IMG/VR virus record: IMGVR_UViG_3300027741_000025
Location: 64,001 to 128,000 of that record
Source: a virus
Direction: 5' to 3' (one strand)
Length of the DNA stretch: 64,000 nucleotides
Part shown: positions 1-10,381 of the stretch, piece by piece
Numbering within the stretch: the first letter of the stretch is position 1
How the letters are laid out: each line of letters starts with the position of its first letter
The notes under the pieces: generated by a model
Seen by the model: the letters and a program-made list of their open reading frames with translations, nothing else
Databases searched by the model: none
Told to the model about the DNA's origin: nothing
Translations under genes and position numbers: made by a program

Positions 1-2916
1 TATACCCATTCCAAAATTATAAAACATCTCAATAAAAGGAGATATCAAATAAGAAACTATACTAAAGGCTGTGCCTACTACACGAATAGCGTAAGCCAAA
101 GGTTCTATTACAACACTTATTAATCCCCCTATTAATCTTCCAACTGTTCTTAAAACAAATCTTATCACTTTGCCTAATGATCCAACTATATCTGCAGTCA
201 TTTTAAATAAACTGCCTGTTTCACTTAGGGATGATTTGAAATCAAAAAATGGATCAAGTATTGCAAAAACAACGTCTCCTATTGCACTAAAAAGTGATCC
301 AAATGGTTCAAAAATATAATATATCATTTCACCAATTCCCATTATCGTATCGCTGATGGTTGTAACAACTCCCCAAATTGCTCCCCCTATCACATCTATT
401 ATGCCCATAACGATTGACAGTAAAGGAATAACTCTATTAAAGTGAGCAAGAGCTTTCGTGATAGATCCAGCAGCACCAAGCCAATGATCAAATATTCCAA
501 ATGTTATTGTGTTTAAAAATCCTGTGACAAATCCAGCACCTTTAGCTGCATAAAATTCAGCAGTAGTTACTTCTTCCATGCTTTTCCCAAAAATCTCCGC
601 AGCTTTTTCTCCACTTCTTACACTTTGAATTAACCCTCCAACTGTTCCTGCAACTACGGCAGCAGCAACACCAATACTTGCAAGAGAAACATTCATGCTT
701 GATGCAAAAGATGTTATTGATTGCCCAACACTTGAATTCATGAATGTTCTGAAATTTCCCCCGAGAGTTTCCAAGGAATTTTGAAATGCTCCATAATCAA
801 CAACTGCACCGTAAGCAAAGCCAGCAAACCGACCACCAACATCAGCCAAGGTTGTCAGAATTCCTAAAGACCTACCAAACACACTACTTAACATAGAGCT
901 AATAGCACCTTGAGTTGTTCCTCTTAAAGTTTCGTTTAATGTAATCATACTCTGATTAAGCTCAGTGGTAACATCAAGCTGAGTCTTTTGACCAACACCA
1001 GCCTCTGCATTAGCCTTGTTTATTTGGCTGACCATTTCTCTATATGCTTCTGGGTCATTTAAAGCTTTGCCTATGTCTTTTTCACTTATTTGTAATTGTT
1101 TTTTACCAGCCTTCTTTAAGTTTTCATTTATCCCTGCAACAGATGCCTTCATTGCTTCTTTCATTGCGACTTTTGAATCTGTTGTTTTTATTCCCATTGC
1201 GTTTAAATCATCTGCCAATTCACCCATTTTTAAATTAGAAAAAGCCTCGCCCATGTTTTTCGCACCCTTTGAGGCTGCATCTAATTTTGTTAAAGCTTCA
1301 AGAGCAGTGTTTGTTTTTAAGCTTCTTTCTTGTTCAAGAAGATTTGCCTTTTCCTCAAGAGTCAATGTCTTTTCTCTATCTTTATTTATTTTAGTTAACT
1401 TATCTCCTAAGGATGCTCCTTGTTCGTTGTAACTATCAATTAAACCTAATACTTCACCCGCACTCTTCTTGATAGGAGATAGTTGCAGTCTTGTGTTTAA
1501 TTCTTGTTTTTCGTAGTCGCTTAATTTTTCAAAATCTTCCCTAGTTCTGACCATTCCTCCGGAGAACTCGGCAAGCAGATCTCCCATGCCTGTTGCCATT
1601 TGTTTGATTCCCTTTTTTGTATTCATTAAAGTTGCATCATAAATCTTTGTCATATCTCCACCAGCAGCTCTGGACAGAATAAGTTTCATTCCTGCGTCTG
1701 CTTGCATAAAACCTGCCATGCCCTTAGAAAGAGTGGCTGTTATTTCTTGACCCGCTTCTGAAACTCCAAACTTTTTGAAACTTGCCATTAATCCAACAAC
1801 ATTACTCGCAGCCTCAGCATTCAGACTGCCAGCGTTGCGCATGTTTTTTATTATGTCTTCACTGGATCTAACAGCATCTGCTAAATTCTCTCCCGTTACA
1901 CCAGTATTTCTTGCAACCTCTTGTATTCCTCTGCCGAACTCTGACATTTCATTGTTGCTCATTTTCATTTGCAACGACATATTTAAGAAGGTGTCGCCCA
2001 AAGCTCCTGCTTCCACACCTATCATTTTTTCAGTATTGAGCTGCTTCTTTGTTATAGCTTCAGAAAGCTTTTTATCTTTTAATCCTTTTCTATAATTAGA
2101 AAGATATGCTTTTGAATAAGTTGTTCTATCAAACCCTGTTTCAGATGCTGCCTTGCCTATGTCTTCAAATGCTCTTTGCAAACCTCTTGATTCTTTTGTG
2201 ATACCGGCAACTTCAAAAGCTGCCTGTCTGGCGTCAATAGTAAATTTCCTCTCCTCTGCAAACAAATCTTTAAAAACAGTGTCTGTTCCTCTAAATCCAA
2301 ATAATGTTTGCTGTAGATCAGCAGCACTATTACCAAGATCTTGCATCAATCTAAGAGGGATGAAACTATCTCTTATTTCTTTCATTCGTTTTTCTGTTGC
2401 TTCAAGTCTCTCTGCTTCTGCTGCTTCCGGGGATGAATCCCTCTTATTCTCATATTTCTCAAGCTCCCCAACCAGATTCTTTATTTCAAGCTCTAAGTCT
2501 GCTAGTCCTGTGCCACTTGTCATGGCAATTCTCAGAGCTTTTGTTTCCAGCCAATTAAGTCTTGCTATTTTTTCCAAATAAACATCATGGGTGTATATGC
2601 TTCCTTTTTTAAGACCATGCTCAGCCATTTTGAGCATCATCTTTTCAGATTTTATAGAAGTTGGGTTTTTTAAAGTAGGTTTGTCACCACTTTTACCTTT
2701 AAAGTTTTTTACAAAGTCTTTGAGAAGCTTCACCATATTATCAAACTTTTTTGACATCTCTGGTGGCATGGCGCTTTGGCTTGGTTCACTACCTGCCGTT
2801 TTGTTGAAAGGTACCGCTTTTCCAACATTTCCTTTTGCTAAGGATGCAACGGTTCCCCTGAGTTCCTGGGAATTCATGCCGCCGCCAACATCTCGTCCTA
2901 TATTGTCTATTGCCAT
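1..2916 (-). CDS. Tape measure protein, 5' part (continues past the left edge)
   Basis: Not in the ORF track because it has no stop in the window. ATG at 2916 (MAIDNIGRDVGGG...KKGSIYTHDVY); the same frame reads helical/hydrophobic text at the edge (IVSYLISPFIEMFYNFGMGI). I checked the two ends, not every codon. Length >970 aa, Ala/Gly/Lys-rich; the + strand ORFs here are shadows. Confidence 0.8.
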   Translation of the reverse strand, partial: MAIDNIGRDVGGGMNSQELRGTVASLAKGNVGKAVPFNKTAGSEPSQSAMPPEMSKKFDNMVKLLKDFVKNFKGKSGDKPTLKNPTSIKSEKMMLKMAEHGLKKGSIYTHDVYLEKIARLNWLETKALRIAMTSGTGLADLELEIKNLVGELEKYENKRDSSPEAAEAERLEATEKRMKEIRDSFIPLRLMQDLGNSAADLQQTLFGFRGTDTVFKDLFAEERKFTIDARQAAFEVAGITKESRGLQRAFEDIGKAASETGFDRTTYSKAYLSNYRKGLKDKKLSEAITKKQLNTEKMIGVEAGALGDTFLNMSLQMKMSNNEMSEFGRGIQEVARNTGVTGENLADAVRSSEDIIKNMRNAGSLNAEAASNVVGLMASFKKFGVSEAGQEITATLSKGMAGFMQADAGMKLILSRAAGGDMTKIYDATLMNTKKGIKQMATGMGDLLAEFSGGMVRTREDFEKLSDYEKQELNTRLQLSPIKKSAGEVLGLIDSYNEQGASLGDKLTKINKDREKTLTLEEKANLLEQERSLKTNTALEALTKLDAASKGAKNMGEAFSNLKMGELADDLNAMGIKTTDSKVAMKEAMKASVAGINENLKKAGKKQLQISEKDIGKALNDPEAYREMVSQINKANAEAGVGQKTQLDVTTELNQSMITLNETLRGTTQGAISSMLSSVFGRSLGILTTLADVGGRFAGFAYGAVVDYGAFQNSLETLGGNFRTFMNSSVGQSITSFASSMNVSLASIGVAAAVVAGTVGGLIQSVRSGEKAAEIFGKSMEEVTTAEFYAAKGAGFVTGFLNTITFGIFDHWLGAAGSITKALAHFNRVIPLLSIVMGIIDVIGGAIWGVVTTISDTIMGIGEMIYYIFEPFGSLFSAIGDVVFAILDPFFDFKSSLSETGSLFKMTADIVGSLGKVIRFVLRTVGRLIGGLISVVIEPLAYAIRVVGTAFSIVSYLISPFIEMFYNFGMGI

Positions 2917-3071
2917 GGTTTAAAATATATATCTGAGAATTTTCTTTTTCAAAGAATATATAGTGTCTTTTTCTAAAATAGTGTTTGCTAAAATTGAAGT
3001 TTCTCAACAGAAGTTTCTTCGTGGTACGCTTTTGTGTTGACAACAGAAACCCATCCGCATAGAGTTCAGAT

Positions 3072-3644
3072 ATGTTCAACGATACAAAAGACCCCCCAGA
3101 TTATCCTTCTTTTCATAAAAAAAATATTTCTAAGAAAACTTCTGTAGAAAAACCGCTGGAGCCTCCAGAAATAGAAGAGAATACAGAAGACAAATTCGAT
3201 TATCCCTTCACTTGTCTATCTTGGCATTCCGGCAAAGATTACTATCCAGAATTGGACTCAGCAATAGAGTTCTACAATCAAAAAAGATACAAAACAGCTT
3301 TGGATCTTTTTGAAACTCGTCCAGCAGATCCAGCCCGAGGACTCAAAAATCTCGTTTGTACCTTTCGCGGACCAATTGGTTGGCTGCTTATGGCAAACAC
3401 CAAGGCTGCTAAGAATGAATTCTTGAACTTTTGCATAGCAAGTTGCCATTACCAACTGGGCTCTTATGCAAAAGCGTTGGATTCTTTGAAAAAAGATGCC
3501 AGCGAAAGAGCTTCTTATCTAAGGGCTTGGTGCCAATACAAGTTAAACAAGCATGATGAAGCAAAAGAAACTTTCAGAAAAGTCTTCTATTCAAACCCAA
3601 GGTTCTTAAGCTATTCCAATCCATACGGGGAAGATTACGAGTGA
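3072..3644 (+). CDS. TPR-repeat protein
   Basis: Helical repeats IASCHYQLGSYAKALDSL and LRAWCQYKLNKHDEAKETFRKV match the TPR consensus. Confidence 0.7.
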   Translation: MFNDTKDPPDYPSFHKKNISKKTSVEKPLEPPEIEENTEDKFDYPFTCLSWHSGKDYYPELDSAIEFYNQKRYKTALDLFETRPADPARGLKNLVCTFRGPIGWLLMANTKAAKNEFLNFCIASCHYQLGSYAKALDSLKKDASERASYLRAWCQYKLNKHDEAKETFRKVFYSNPRFLSYSNPYGEDYE

Positions 3645-4100
3645 TCACTTGATTATTTGATTTGTGATCTTTGCAAGCTGTTCGTTGACGGTTTTTCTTA
3701 TCGCTTCTACTTCATTTGGAGAAACAGCTCTTACACTGCCCATCAAATTCAATATAAAATCGCAGTCAAGCTGTTTTAATCTTCTTATTCCACTTCTTTT
3801 ATACTGTCTAAAGGATGACACAAGATATTTGTCTCCTTTTATTGTTCTATAACTGAAATTAGGATTGTTGCAGTTTGCTTTCAACAAATTTCTTATATAT
3901 GGAAATGTAAGATAATGTATATTCAATCCTCTTATATACAATTGATTCACATCTGTTACTATTACATTTGGAAGCGGATCATGCCCGGCTTTATGAAACA
4001 TATAGTTGAATGAAACTAGGCTTCCTTTTTTTACATTTTGTAAAAAAGTATCATTCTTTTGAGGAATATTTTTGAATACAAGGTTGAGATCCATAATCAA
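3645..4100 (-). CDS. T4 gp2-like DNA end protector family protein
   Basis: FNY...HDPLPNVIV...IRGLNIHYL...FRQYK resembles the gp2-family D.FPL...GLNLHYL signature. Confidence 0.55.
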   Translation of the reverse strand: MIMDLNLVFKNIPQKNDTFLQNVKKGSLVSFNYMFHKAGHDPLPNVIVTDVNQLYIRGLNIHYLTFPYIRNLLKANCNNPNFSYRTIKGDKYLVSSFRQYKRSGIRRLKQLDCDFILNLMGSVRAVSPNEVEAIRKTVNEQLAKITNQIIK

Positions 4101-4573
4101 AACTTAGAGTAAACACTGGAGCTATAATCGGTACCACTTGATCTGACCATCAGATTTTTATCGTTGCCTTTTTCTATTTTGTTTTGAGCGTCTGAGCTCA
4201 TTTTGAAAAACCTCTTGATTTCTTCGACAAGAGTATCTGCAACTTTCCCCCCAGCCTTTTCTTCATCTGCACCTTTTTCTGACATAAAAGTGTTGAATAT
4301 ATTTTCAAAATCTAAAAGATACGCTTTTCCATATGGATGTGTGTCTATTCTGTTTTGAATTTTGAAGGCTATGTTCCTTCCTATCGAATATATTCTTATT
4401 CCTTCAAAGTCACACTCTGGATCTGTTGAATAAACAAACAAAAACGGATCATCAACATCCAAAAATATTTTGTTTTGGATCTTGCTCAGCTTTAAAATAT
4501 GGTGAATTATTTTAAGCTTTCTTTTTGCTCCAAGTGCATTTCTGTTTACATAGTCAAAAAATTTGTGTCTCAT
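4097..4573 (-). CDS. Hypothetical phage protein
   Basis: 158-aa ORF with ATGA overlap into the next gene. Confidence 0.6.
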   Translation of the reverse strand: MRHKFFDYVNRNALGAKRKLKIIHHILKLSKIQNKIFLDVDDPFLFVYSTDPECDFEGIRIYSIGRNIAFKIQNRIDTHPYGKAYLLDFENIFNTFMSEKGADEEKAGGKVADTLVEEIKRFFKMSSDAQNKIEKGNDKNLMVRSSGTDYSSSVYSKF

Positions 4574-4577
4574 ATAA

Positions 4578-4934
4578 TTACATATTTAATGGTTTCGCCA
4601 TTCTTCCACCCACCGATGTAGTTGCTCCTGCAAGTGTGTTTATTAGCTCCCCAAATAATTGCATGGCTTCTGGATTTTTCTTAAGATGAGCAAACAAAGG
4701 CGTATACATGCCTCTGGTATCTTTGTTTATTCTCTCTATGTTTAGTAGAGCTTTACGCACCTCTTCTTTACCAAATGAGTGGGGGTTGAGCGATTCGTCA
4801 GATCCTGGCTTAACACTTCCGGTGTTACTGGCTCCATATCCTGCCAATTTAAGTCCCGAATCATTGGAGGGCTTTGCTCCCATTACTGGATTAACATCCG
4901 CTTCCATTATTCTATATAATTTACTGAATTCCAT
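4578..4934 (-). CDS. Hypothetical protein with capsid-targeting-like N-terminus
   Basis: Starts MEFSKLYRIMEAD; upstream GAAAGG SD and TATATA. Confidence 0.6.
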   Translation of the reverse strand: MEFSKLYRIMEADVNPVMGAKPSNDSGLKLAGYGASNTGSVKPGSDESLNPHSFGKEEVRKALLNIERINKDTRGMYTPLFAHLKKNPEAMQLFGELINTLAGATTSVGGRMAKPLNM

Positions 4935-4959
4935 AACTTAACCTTTCTTATAATTATAT

Positions 4960-6282
4960 TTAGCAAGTTCTGAGTAAAATTTCTTGTGCCGATGGAACAC
5001 ATCTCTGTAATACCAATAAATCACTGGGATTGCCGTTGTAAGGCGTTTCTTTTACAACAACACCAGGAAAGCTTCCAGCAGCTTCTTTTATGGTTTTCAT
5101 TTGAGCTGTTAAGAATAGCATTCCATCTATTCTTTCCAAAAAGTCGCTTTCTCCCTTTTTGGGAAATCCGTTTTCGTCAACCTCACCAGTTTCATAAAGA
5201 TACTTGACTTTAAGATCAACAAATGGAACTAAGTTTCCATCATCATCTATCATGGCTTCACTGTTGTCTGATTGAATGATTCTTACGCTAAGTTTTCCCT
5301 CAGAATAAGCTGCATCCAAACAACTAGCCAAATCCAAGCCCAAGGAGTATACTGTTCCGTCATTTCCAACAACGTTTATTAAAAAGCTTCTCTGCTTGAA
5401 ATAGTCAGATATACTCTCCATTATAACTCTTCTTCTCAGAACATCTTTTTCCTCTGGGCTTCCATCTTGAAGTCTCTTGAGCTCGGGATCTTCTAGAAAC
5501 TTCTCTGGGTCATCTTCTCTTAAAGCCCATTTTCCAAGATCAATTCTTCCCCATTTTTCATTGAATCTTGTTGATATTTTTATTGAGTATTTTCTTTCGT
5601 TGTAAATAAGATCTTCGCTGTTTGATCCATTGCCAACTTGAACAGCCCCCAGTAAAGCAGCCATATACTTTCTGTGAAGATCACCCTTCATTCCAAGAGT
5701 GCCCTTCAATTTTATGAAAACACTACTGAGTTCACTCATTGGTTGAAGAGCTGTGAAAACATGTTTTGTTAAAGATACCGAAGGATTGTTTTGATCCAAT
5801 TCTTGTCTGATTAGCCTTCGTATCTCTTTATTAGCTTTCTCAATATTGGAATTTTGCCTAAGAAATAAAATCTGTAGATTATCCTCTACAAACTTTCTTG
5901 GATAAGAGTCTAGCTCTGAATCTCTTATTCCATGAATACTATCCAAGAGTGTTTTAGTATCACCTTTTGCGCTATTTTTAAAATACTCCATCTTCCATGT
6001 TTCAAAATTTTCTTCTGGCTTGTTTTCTTCCTCAGGCATATCAGGAGTGACAGGTTCTTTAACTTCTTGTTCTGGAGGTTGTTGAGCTTGAGGTTGTTGA
6101 GCTTGAGGTTGTTGAGCTTGAGGTTGTTGTTCTGTTTGTTGGGGATCTTGTGGCTGTTCTGCTGGATCTGCAGCGGGAACCTGCATTCCAGAAGAAGCAT
6201 TAGTTGCAGGTTGATTTGCTGCAACTTCACCTGGATCGCCAAGATCCTCATTTAACCAGTAATTCATTGTGTTAAATCTCAT
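4960..6282 (-). CDS. Hypothetical protein with Q/P-rich N-terminal region, possibly virion-internal
   Basis: 440-aa ORF; N-terminus MNYWLNED, then QAQQP repeats and an acidic linker before a globular region. Confidence 0.7.
   Translation of the reverse strand: MRFNTMNYWLNEDLGDPGEVAANQPATNASSGMQVPAADPAEQPQDPQQTEQQPQAQQPQAQQPQAQQPPEQEVKEPVTPDMPEEENKPEENFETWKMEYFKNSAKGDTKTLLDSIHGIRDSELDSYPRKFVEDNLQILFLRQNSNIEKANKEIRRLIRQELDQNNPSVSLTKHVFTALQPMSELSSVFIKLKGTLGMKGDLHRKYMAALLGAVQVGNGSNSEDLIYNERKYSIKISTRFNEKWGRIDLGKWALREDDPEKFLEDPELKRLQDGSPEEKDVLRRRVIMESISDYFKQRSFLINVVGNDGTVYSLGLDLASCLDAAYSEGKLSVRIIQSDNSEAMIDDDGNLVPFVDLKVKYLYETGEVDENGFPKKGESDFLERIDGMLFLTAQMKTIKEAAGSFPGVVVKETPYNGNPSDLLVLQRCVPSAQEILLRTC
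6075..6129. repeat. 15-bp tandem repeat GAGGTTGTTGAGCTT x3+ (encodes QAQQP)
   Basis: Read directly from the sequence. Confidence 0.9.
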
Positions 6283-6757
6283 TTTGACCTTCCTCTTTTT
6301 TCTTATTTAGTGCCTCTAGAAATTGTCTTTTATTGTTCCCTGAATTAATATTTATTGTGTTATTTTGATTTGCTGCTAAGTATTTAGGGAAGGTATCTTT
6401 ATCTTTTAATTTAATTCTTGTCATTAAATCTGCTATTTTTGCCATTTTGTCAGAAGTATCATGCTTGAGCTTGAGTAAATTCACAAGAGCTTCTTTGCTT
6501 GCACTCGTAGAGTCTCCTTCGTTTATAACTAAATCAGCAAAGTTATTTATAAATTCATCTGTTTGTTTTCTATCTTGTCTTATGTTTTCGAGAACTTCCT
6601 GATAAACATCTACAAGTTGTTCATCACTTACTATGTTTGACAAACTATTCTCTGAGTCTTGCACGCTTAAAGAAGAAACATTCATGCTGGGGAGAACCTC
6701 GCCAGCTATAGCCAAATCTTCTTTTGCTTCATCTAAAATATTATCATTTTTACCCAT
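6272..6757 (-). CDS. Helical hypothetical protein (terminase small subunit-like architecture possible)
   Basis: Helical core followed by an NQNNTININ low-complexity stretch and a short C-terminal helix, a layout reminiscent of T4-like TerS; weak. Confidence 0.4.
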   Translation of the reverse strand: MGKNDNILDEAKEDLAIAGEVLPSMNVSSLSVQDSENSLSNIVSDEQLVDVYQEVLENIRQDRKQTDEFINNFADLVINEGDSTSASKEALVNLLKLKHDTSDKMAKIADLMTRIKLKDKDTFPKYLAANQNNTININSGNNKRQFLEALNKKKEEGQNEI

Positions 6758-6787
6758 ATACTCTATATAGCTTAATATTTATTATCT

Positions 6788-7129
6788 TTAGTCACCTTTT
6801 ATTATTCTAATTGAGTCTTCTTCAAAATGTTGTGTTGAAAATTCAAACAACTCACTTTCTTCCAATGCTATTATTTGATGTCTTGTTCCTCTTGGTATAT
6901 CAATTTTATCACCTGGATTTAATACTATATCTTTGGCTTCTTCCATGTTGTCCGTAGATCCAAGTTTCAATAAAATCCTTCCACTCTGTAGGTAGAATGT
7001 CTCCAATTTTAAAACATGGGTATGGTATGAGCATTTTTTATTTTTATTAAAATATAATATTTTCCCACAATACTCATTGTTGTTAACAATAATTTTTTCG
7101 TAACCCCAGCCCTTTTTTATAATTTCCAT
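6788..7129 (-). CDS. Cupin (mannose-6-phosphate isomerase / sugar isomerase-like)
   Basis: KGWGYE...CSYHTHVLKLETFY...IPRGTRHQI cupin motifs. Confidence 0.85.
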   Translation of the reverse strand: MEIIKKGWGYEKIIVNNNEYCGKILYFNKNKKCSYHTHVLKLETFYLQSGRILLKLGSTDNMEEAKDIVLNPGDKIDIPRGTRHQIIALEESELFEFSTQHFEEDSIRIIKGD

Positions 7130-7184
7130 ATTATCATTTTAGTGTTTTTCTTTAAATTTTCAAACGAAAAATGTAAATATTAAT

Positions 7185-7535
7185 ATGGATCAATTGACAA
7201 AAGAAAAATTAAACAATCTTGAAAAAAGCCAAGATAAAGTTTTGCAAAAAATAGATGAATTTAAAAAAGAAATTATTGAATTTGAAAAATCATTGAATTC
7301 AAAAGATTCTAAAATCAGCGTATTACAAAGTAAAATAAAAGATTTAAAAGAAGATGTAGATACTTTTTGTGAAAAAGTTCAAAATTTTGAGGTTAAAATA
7401 GAATCCATCCACATACGCACCACAAGCACAGAAAGTAAATGGTCAAGTATAATTGAATTTTTTGTTAAGATATTTTGGGTAATTATGGTGTCCTATCTAC
7501 TCTACAAACTAGGTATACAGGGACCACCAGCATAA
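7185..7535 (+). CDS. Coiled-coil protein with a C-terminal transmembrane helix
   Basis: Heptad-rich N-terminus; hydrophobic IIEFFVKIFWVIMVSYLLY segment. Confidence 0.7.
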   Translation: MDQLTKEKLNNLEKSQDKVLQKIDEFKKEIIEFEKSLNSKDSKISVLQSKIKDLKEDVDTFCEKVQNFEVKIESIHIRTTSTESKWSSIIEFFVKIFWVIMVSYLLYKLGIQGPPA

Positions 7536-7571
7536 TTAATTTTTAAAACACCCTAATATATAGTATACAAG

Positions 7572-8804
7572 ATGAAGGGAACAAATATGCCAGGCAAATT
7601 TAGTGATTACTTATCCATCAGAGAAAATAAAACCCCTGTATTATCAAAGGTTAAGCTGGCTAGGTCACCAGGACAAGAAGAGTTTCAGCCATTTGTTATT
7701 GATAAAGAAAATCACTCAAATTTACGAGAATTAGTAAAAGCTTTTGAAAATAGTACAGAAGTTGGCGTTGGTTACACGACAATAGACAAAGAAAAAGGTG
7801 AAGTTGAACCAAAATTAAAGAAGAAAACATTATATCTTACTGGTGGTGCTGTTAGAGATCATCTAAAAGGAAAAACTCCACGTAATTATGACCTGGCGAC
7901 TGATGCAACAGCCAGTGAAATAAAAATGATACTATCAGGCTCTGGTTTCGAGGAGATTCATTCTGAATTTTCTAAGGACAAAAATTTACCAACTAATCCA
8001 AAATCAAATAAATATTTCTTTGTAAGCAGGCTCAGCAAAAAAGGAAACGAGGCTGAATTCACAGCTGTAGTTGATAATGAAGATTTCTTTTTGGCTCCAA
8101 TGTCAAAAAGTCTAAAAAGCAGAAGACTATCGCCCGAAGATTTTTCTGCCTCAAGCCTGGAGGATGACGCTTCCTATAGAGACTTTACAATTAACTCAAT
8201 GTATATTCCTTTAAAAAATTCAGATGGAGATAACACAGAGCTGATAGATATTTTTGGTGGAGCTCATCATTTAAAAAATGGTCAAGTGGTCTCTGTTGGT
8301 GAGTTTGGCAAAAAGGTCAAAGATGACCCGATCACAGCCCACAGATATTTAAGAATGCAGGCAAGATATGGCAAAGGAGAAATGCCAGAAAAACTCACAA
8401 ATATCACAAGAGGAATAAATGGCTTGGACCCAGACTATAAAAAAGAATATGTCTTTGGTCTTGAGAACCCAGATATAGATTCGTCCAGATATCTCAAGAT
8501 GTATTCAAATTCTGGTCTTTTGAACACAGTTTATCCTATAGATGATTTGTCTGTTGAAGATATGCCAGAAAAAGCCTTGGGAGATAGGTTTTTAACAAGT
8601 GCTTGGTTGTTAAAAGATAAAGATATGGAGCAAACCAAGTTTGCTTTAATGTCTGCTGGTTGGGATAAACAAGAAGTAAATGATATTTTATACTTAATTA
8701 AGGCGTATCAATCTTTTAAAAACAGATACGACACTACAGACCAAACAAGCTCAATGTGCGGTTTGCCAGCGTATAAAATAAACAAATGGAAAAACCTATA
8801 CTAG
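7572..8804 (+). CDS. CCA-adding enzyme / poly(A) polymerase family nucleotidyltransferase with altered active site
   Basis: LYLTGGAVRDHL..PRNYDLATDA, EDDASYRDFTINSMY, LIDIFGG, DDP motifs of class II NTases; DxD reads NYD. Confidence 0.85.
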   Translation: MKGTNMPGKFSDYLSIRENKTPVLSKVKLARSPGQEEFQPFVIDKENHSNLRELVKAFENSTEVGVGYTTIDKEKGEVEPKLKKKTLYLTGGAVRDHLKGKTPRNYDLATDATASEIKMILSGSGFEEIHSEFSKDKNLPTNPKSNKYFFVSRLSKKGNEAEFTAVVDNEDFFLAPMSKSLKSRRLSPEDFSASSLEDDASYRDFTINSMYIPLKNSDGDNTELIDIFGGAHHLKNGQVVSVGEFGKKVKDDPITAHRYLRMQARYGKGEMPEKLTNITRGINGLDPDYKKEYVFGLENPDIDSSRYLKMYSNSGLLNTVYPIDDLSVEDMPEKALGDRFLTSAWLLKDKDMEQTKFALMSAGWDKQEVNDILYLIKAYQSFKNRYDTTDQTSSMCGLPAYKINKWKNLY

Positions 8805-9634
8805 TTCAAGCAATCGGATCTCCCTTCGATTTAAATGTAAGCTCTTGTGGAAAAAGAAAGCCAAAGCTTTTTTCTTGGACTAATAGTCCACAAGATATCA
8901 AAATAAGAATAGACCACGCTTTACATGATGGCTTAAGCGATAATAATAAGTCTGGCAAATTTGGCTGGACATGTGAATCTAAAGCTATAACTCGTGGACT
9001 CTTTGATGGATTGAGAAATAATTTTACAAGATACAAAGAATCTTACTCTAAAATTTTCACTTACGATGAACAGTTGATCGAGTTAGACCCAGACTTTTTC
9101 ATCTATTGTCCTGCAGGCAGTAACGCTCCATGGACACCTGATGAAGAATATGGAATTCATGAAAAAACAAAACTTGTTTCTTTTTTGTGCAGCAATAATT
9201 CAATGACAGATGGTCATCGTTATCGTTTGTCGTGGGCTGAGAGGCTACAAGATAAGGTAGATATGTATGGTGGAGCCTGTGGAAGCAAACAAATAGGCGG
9301 CTCGCATTGGTACCATCATCAAAGAAAAACTGAAGCAATGAACGAATATATGTTCAGCATAGCAATAGAGAATGTCAACATGGATTGCTACTACACAGAA
9401 AAAATAACAGATTGTTTTGCAAATGGGGTGATACCAGTTTATTATGGTTCAAAAAGTATCACAAAACACTTTAACAATGATGCTATAATATTCTTGGAAG
9501 AAGACTTTGATGTAAATCAATTATCGGAAGAATTATATTATTCCAAATTAGAAGCTGTTAAAGATAATTTGAACATAGTTAGAAACATGTGTATTTCTGA
9601 TGATTTATTGTTCAAAAAAATATCTTTATTGTGA
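8786..9634 (+). CDS. GT10-like (fucosyltransferase-fold) glycosyltransferase
   Basis: EYMFSIAIEN..DCYYTEKITDCFANGVIPVYYG motif. Confidence 0.8.
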   Translation: MEKPILVQAIGSPFDLNVSSCGKRKPKLFSWTNSPQDIKIRIDHALHDGLSDNNKSGKFGWTCESKAITRGLFDGLRNNFTRYKESYSKIFTYDEQLIELDPDFFIYCPAGSNAPWTPDEEYGIHEKTKLVSFLCSNNSMTDGHRYRLSWAERLQDKVDMYGGACGSKQIGGSHWYHHQRKTEAMNEYMFSIAIENVNMDCYYTEKITDCFANGVIPVYYGSKSITKHFNNDAIIFLEEDFDVNQLSEELYYSKLEAVKDNLNIVRNMCISDDLLFKKISLL

Positions 9635-9649
9635 AAGCGTAGATAGATT

Positions 9650-10375
9650 ATGAATAGAAAAATAACAATAGTCCACCCCTCCAGGCAAAGAAGCGATCTT
9701 TGCTATAGAATAGCTGATTTGTTTTATGGCAATTGTGTAAACAAGGACAATGTTTCTTATTATATATCTATTGATTCAAGTGATCCAACAAAAGATGAAT
9801 ACCTAGCTGGCAAGAAAGATTATGCCAAAATAATTGTTGGAGATGGAAACTCTTGTGTAGAGGCAGTAAATATTGGGGCTAAAGAATCAAATTTTGAAGA
9901 CATAATTGTGATAGTATCAGATGATTTTGTTTGCCAAAATGGATGGGATCAAAAAATACTGGATTTTGTAGGGGATAAGAAAAATTTTGTTTTAAAAACA
10001 AATGATGGAAGAGAGCCTTGGATTGTAACGTTTCCAGTTATGGACAAAGAATATTACAATAGATTTGGCTATGTTTACAACCCATTATATAAACATTTAT
10101 TCTGCGACACAGAAATGACACATGTTGCAGAGATTACTGATTCTCTTCTAATAGATATGTCTAATGTCATAGAGCATAAAGCAACAGAATTAACAAAAAA
10201 TGATTCTGTAAACATGAAAAACAACTCAACTTGGTGGCAGGGAGAATCTGTTTATCTACAAAGAATAAGAGAAAATTTTGGATTAAAAAAAGAAGAGATT
10301 GTTAAAACTCCATCTCATCCATCGCATATAGAATGGCTTAAGCAAAAAGGAATAAATATAAACGAACACTCATAG
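9650..10375 (+). CDS. GT-A fold glycosyltransferase (GT2-like)
   Basis: ITIVHPSR, IIVIVSDDF, GYVYNPLYKHLFCDTE motifs. Confidence 0.7.
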   Translation: MNRKITIVHPSRQRSDLCYRIADLFYGNCVNKDNVSYYISIDSSDPTKDEYLAGKKDYAKIIVGDGNSCVEAVNIGAKESNFEDIIVIVSDDFVCQNGWDQKILDFVGDKKNFVLKTNDGREPWIVTFPVMDKEYYNRFGYVYNPLYKHLFCDTEMTHVAEITDSLLIDMSNVIEHKATELTKNDSVNMKNNSTWWQGESVYLQRIRENFGLKKEEIVKTPSHPSHIEWLKQKGININEHS

Positions 10376-10381
10376 TTATAA

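Noticed and set aside
1016-3079. ORFs 1016-1432, 1044-1238, 1775-2095, 2153-2581, 2591-2923 (+) and 2789-3079 (-)
   Set aside because: Antisense or out-of-frame shadows of the tape-measure gene on the minus strand.
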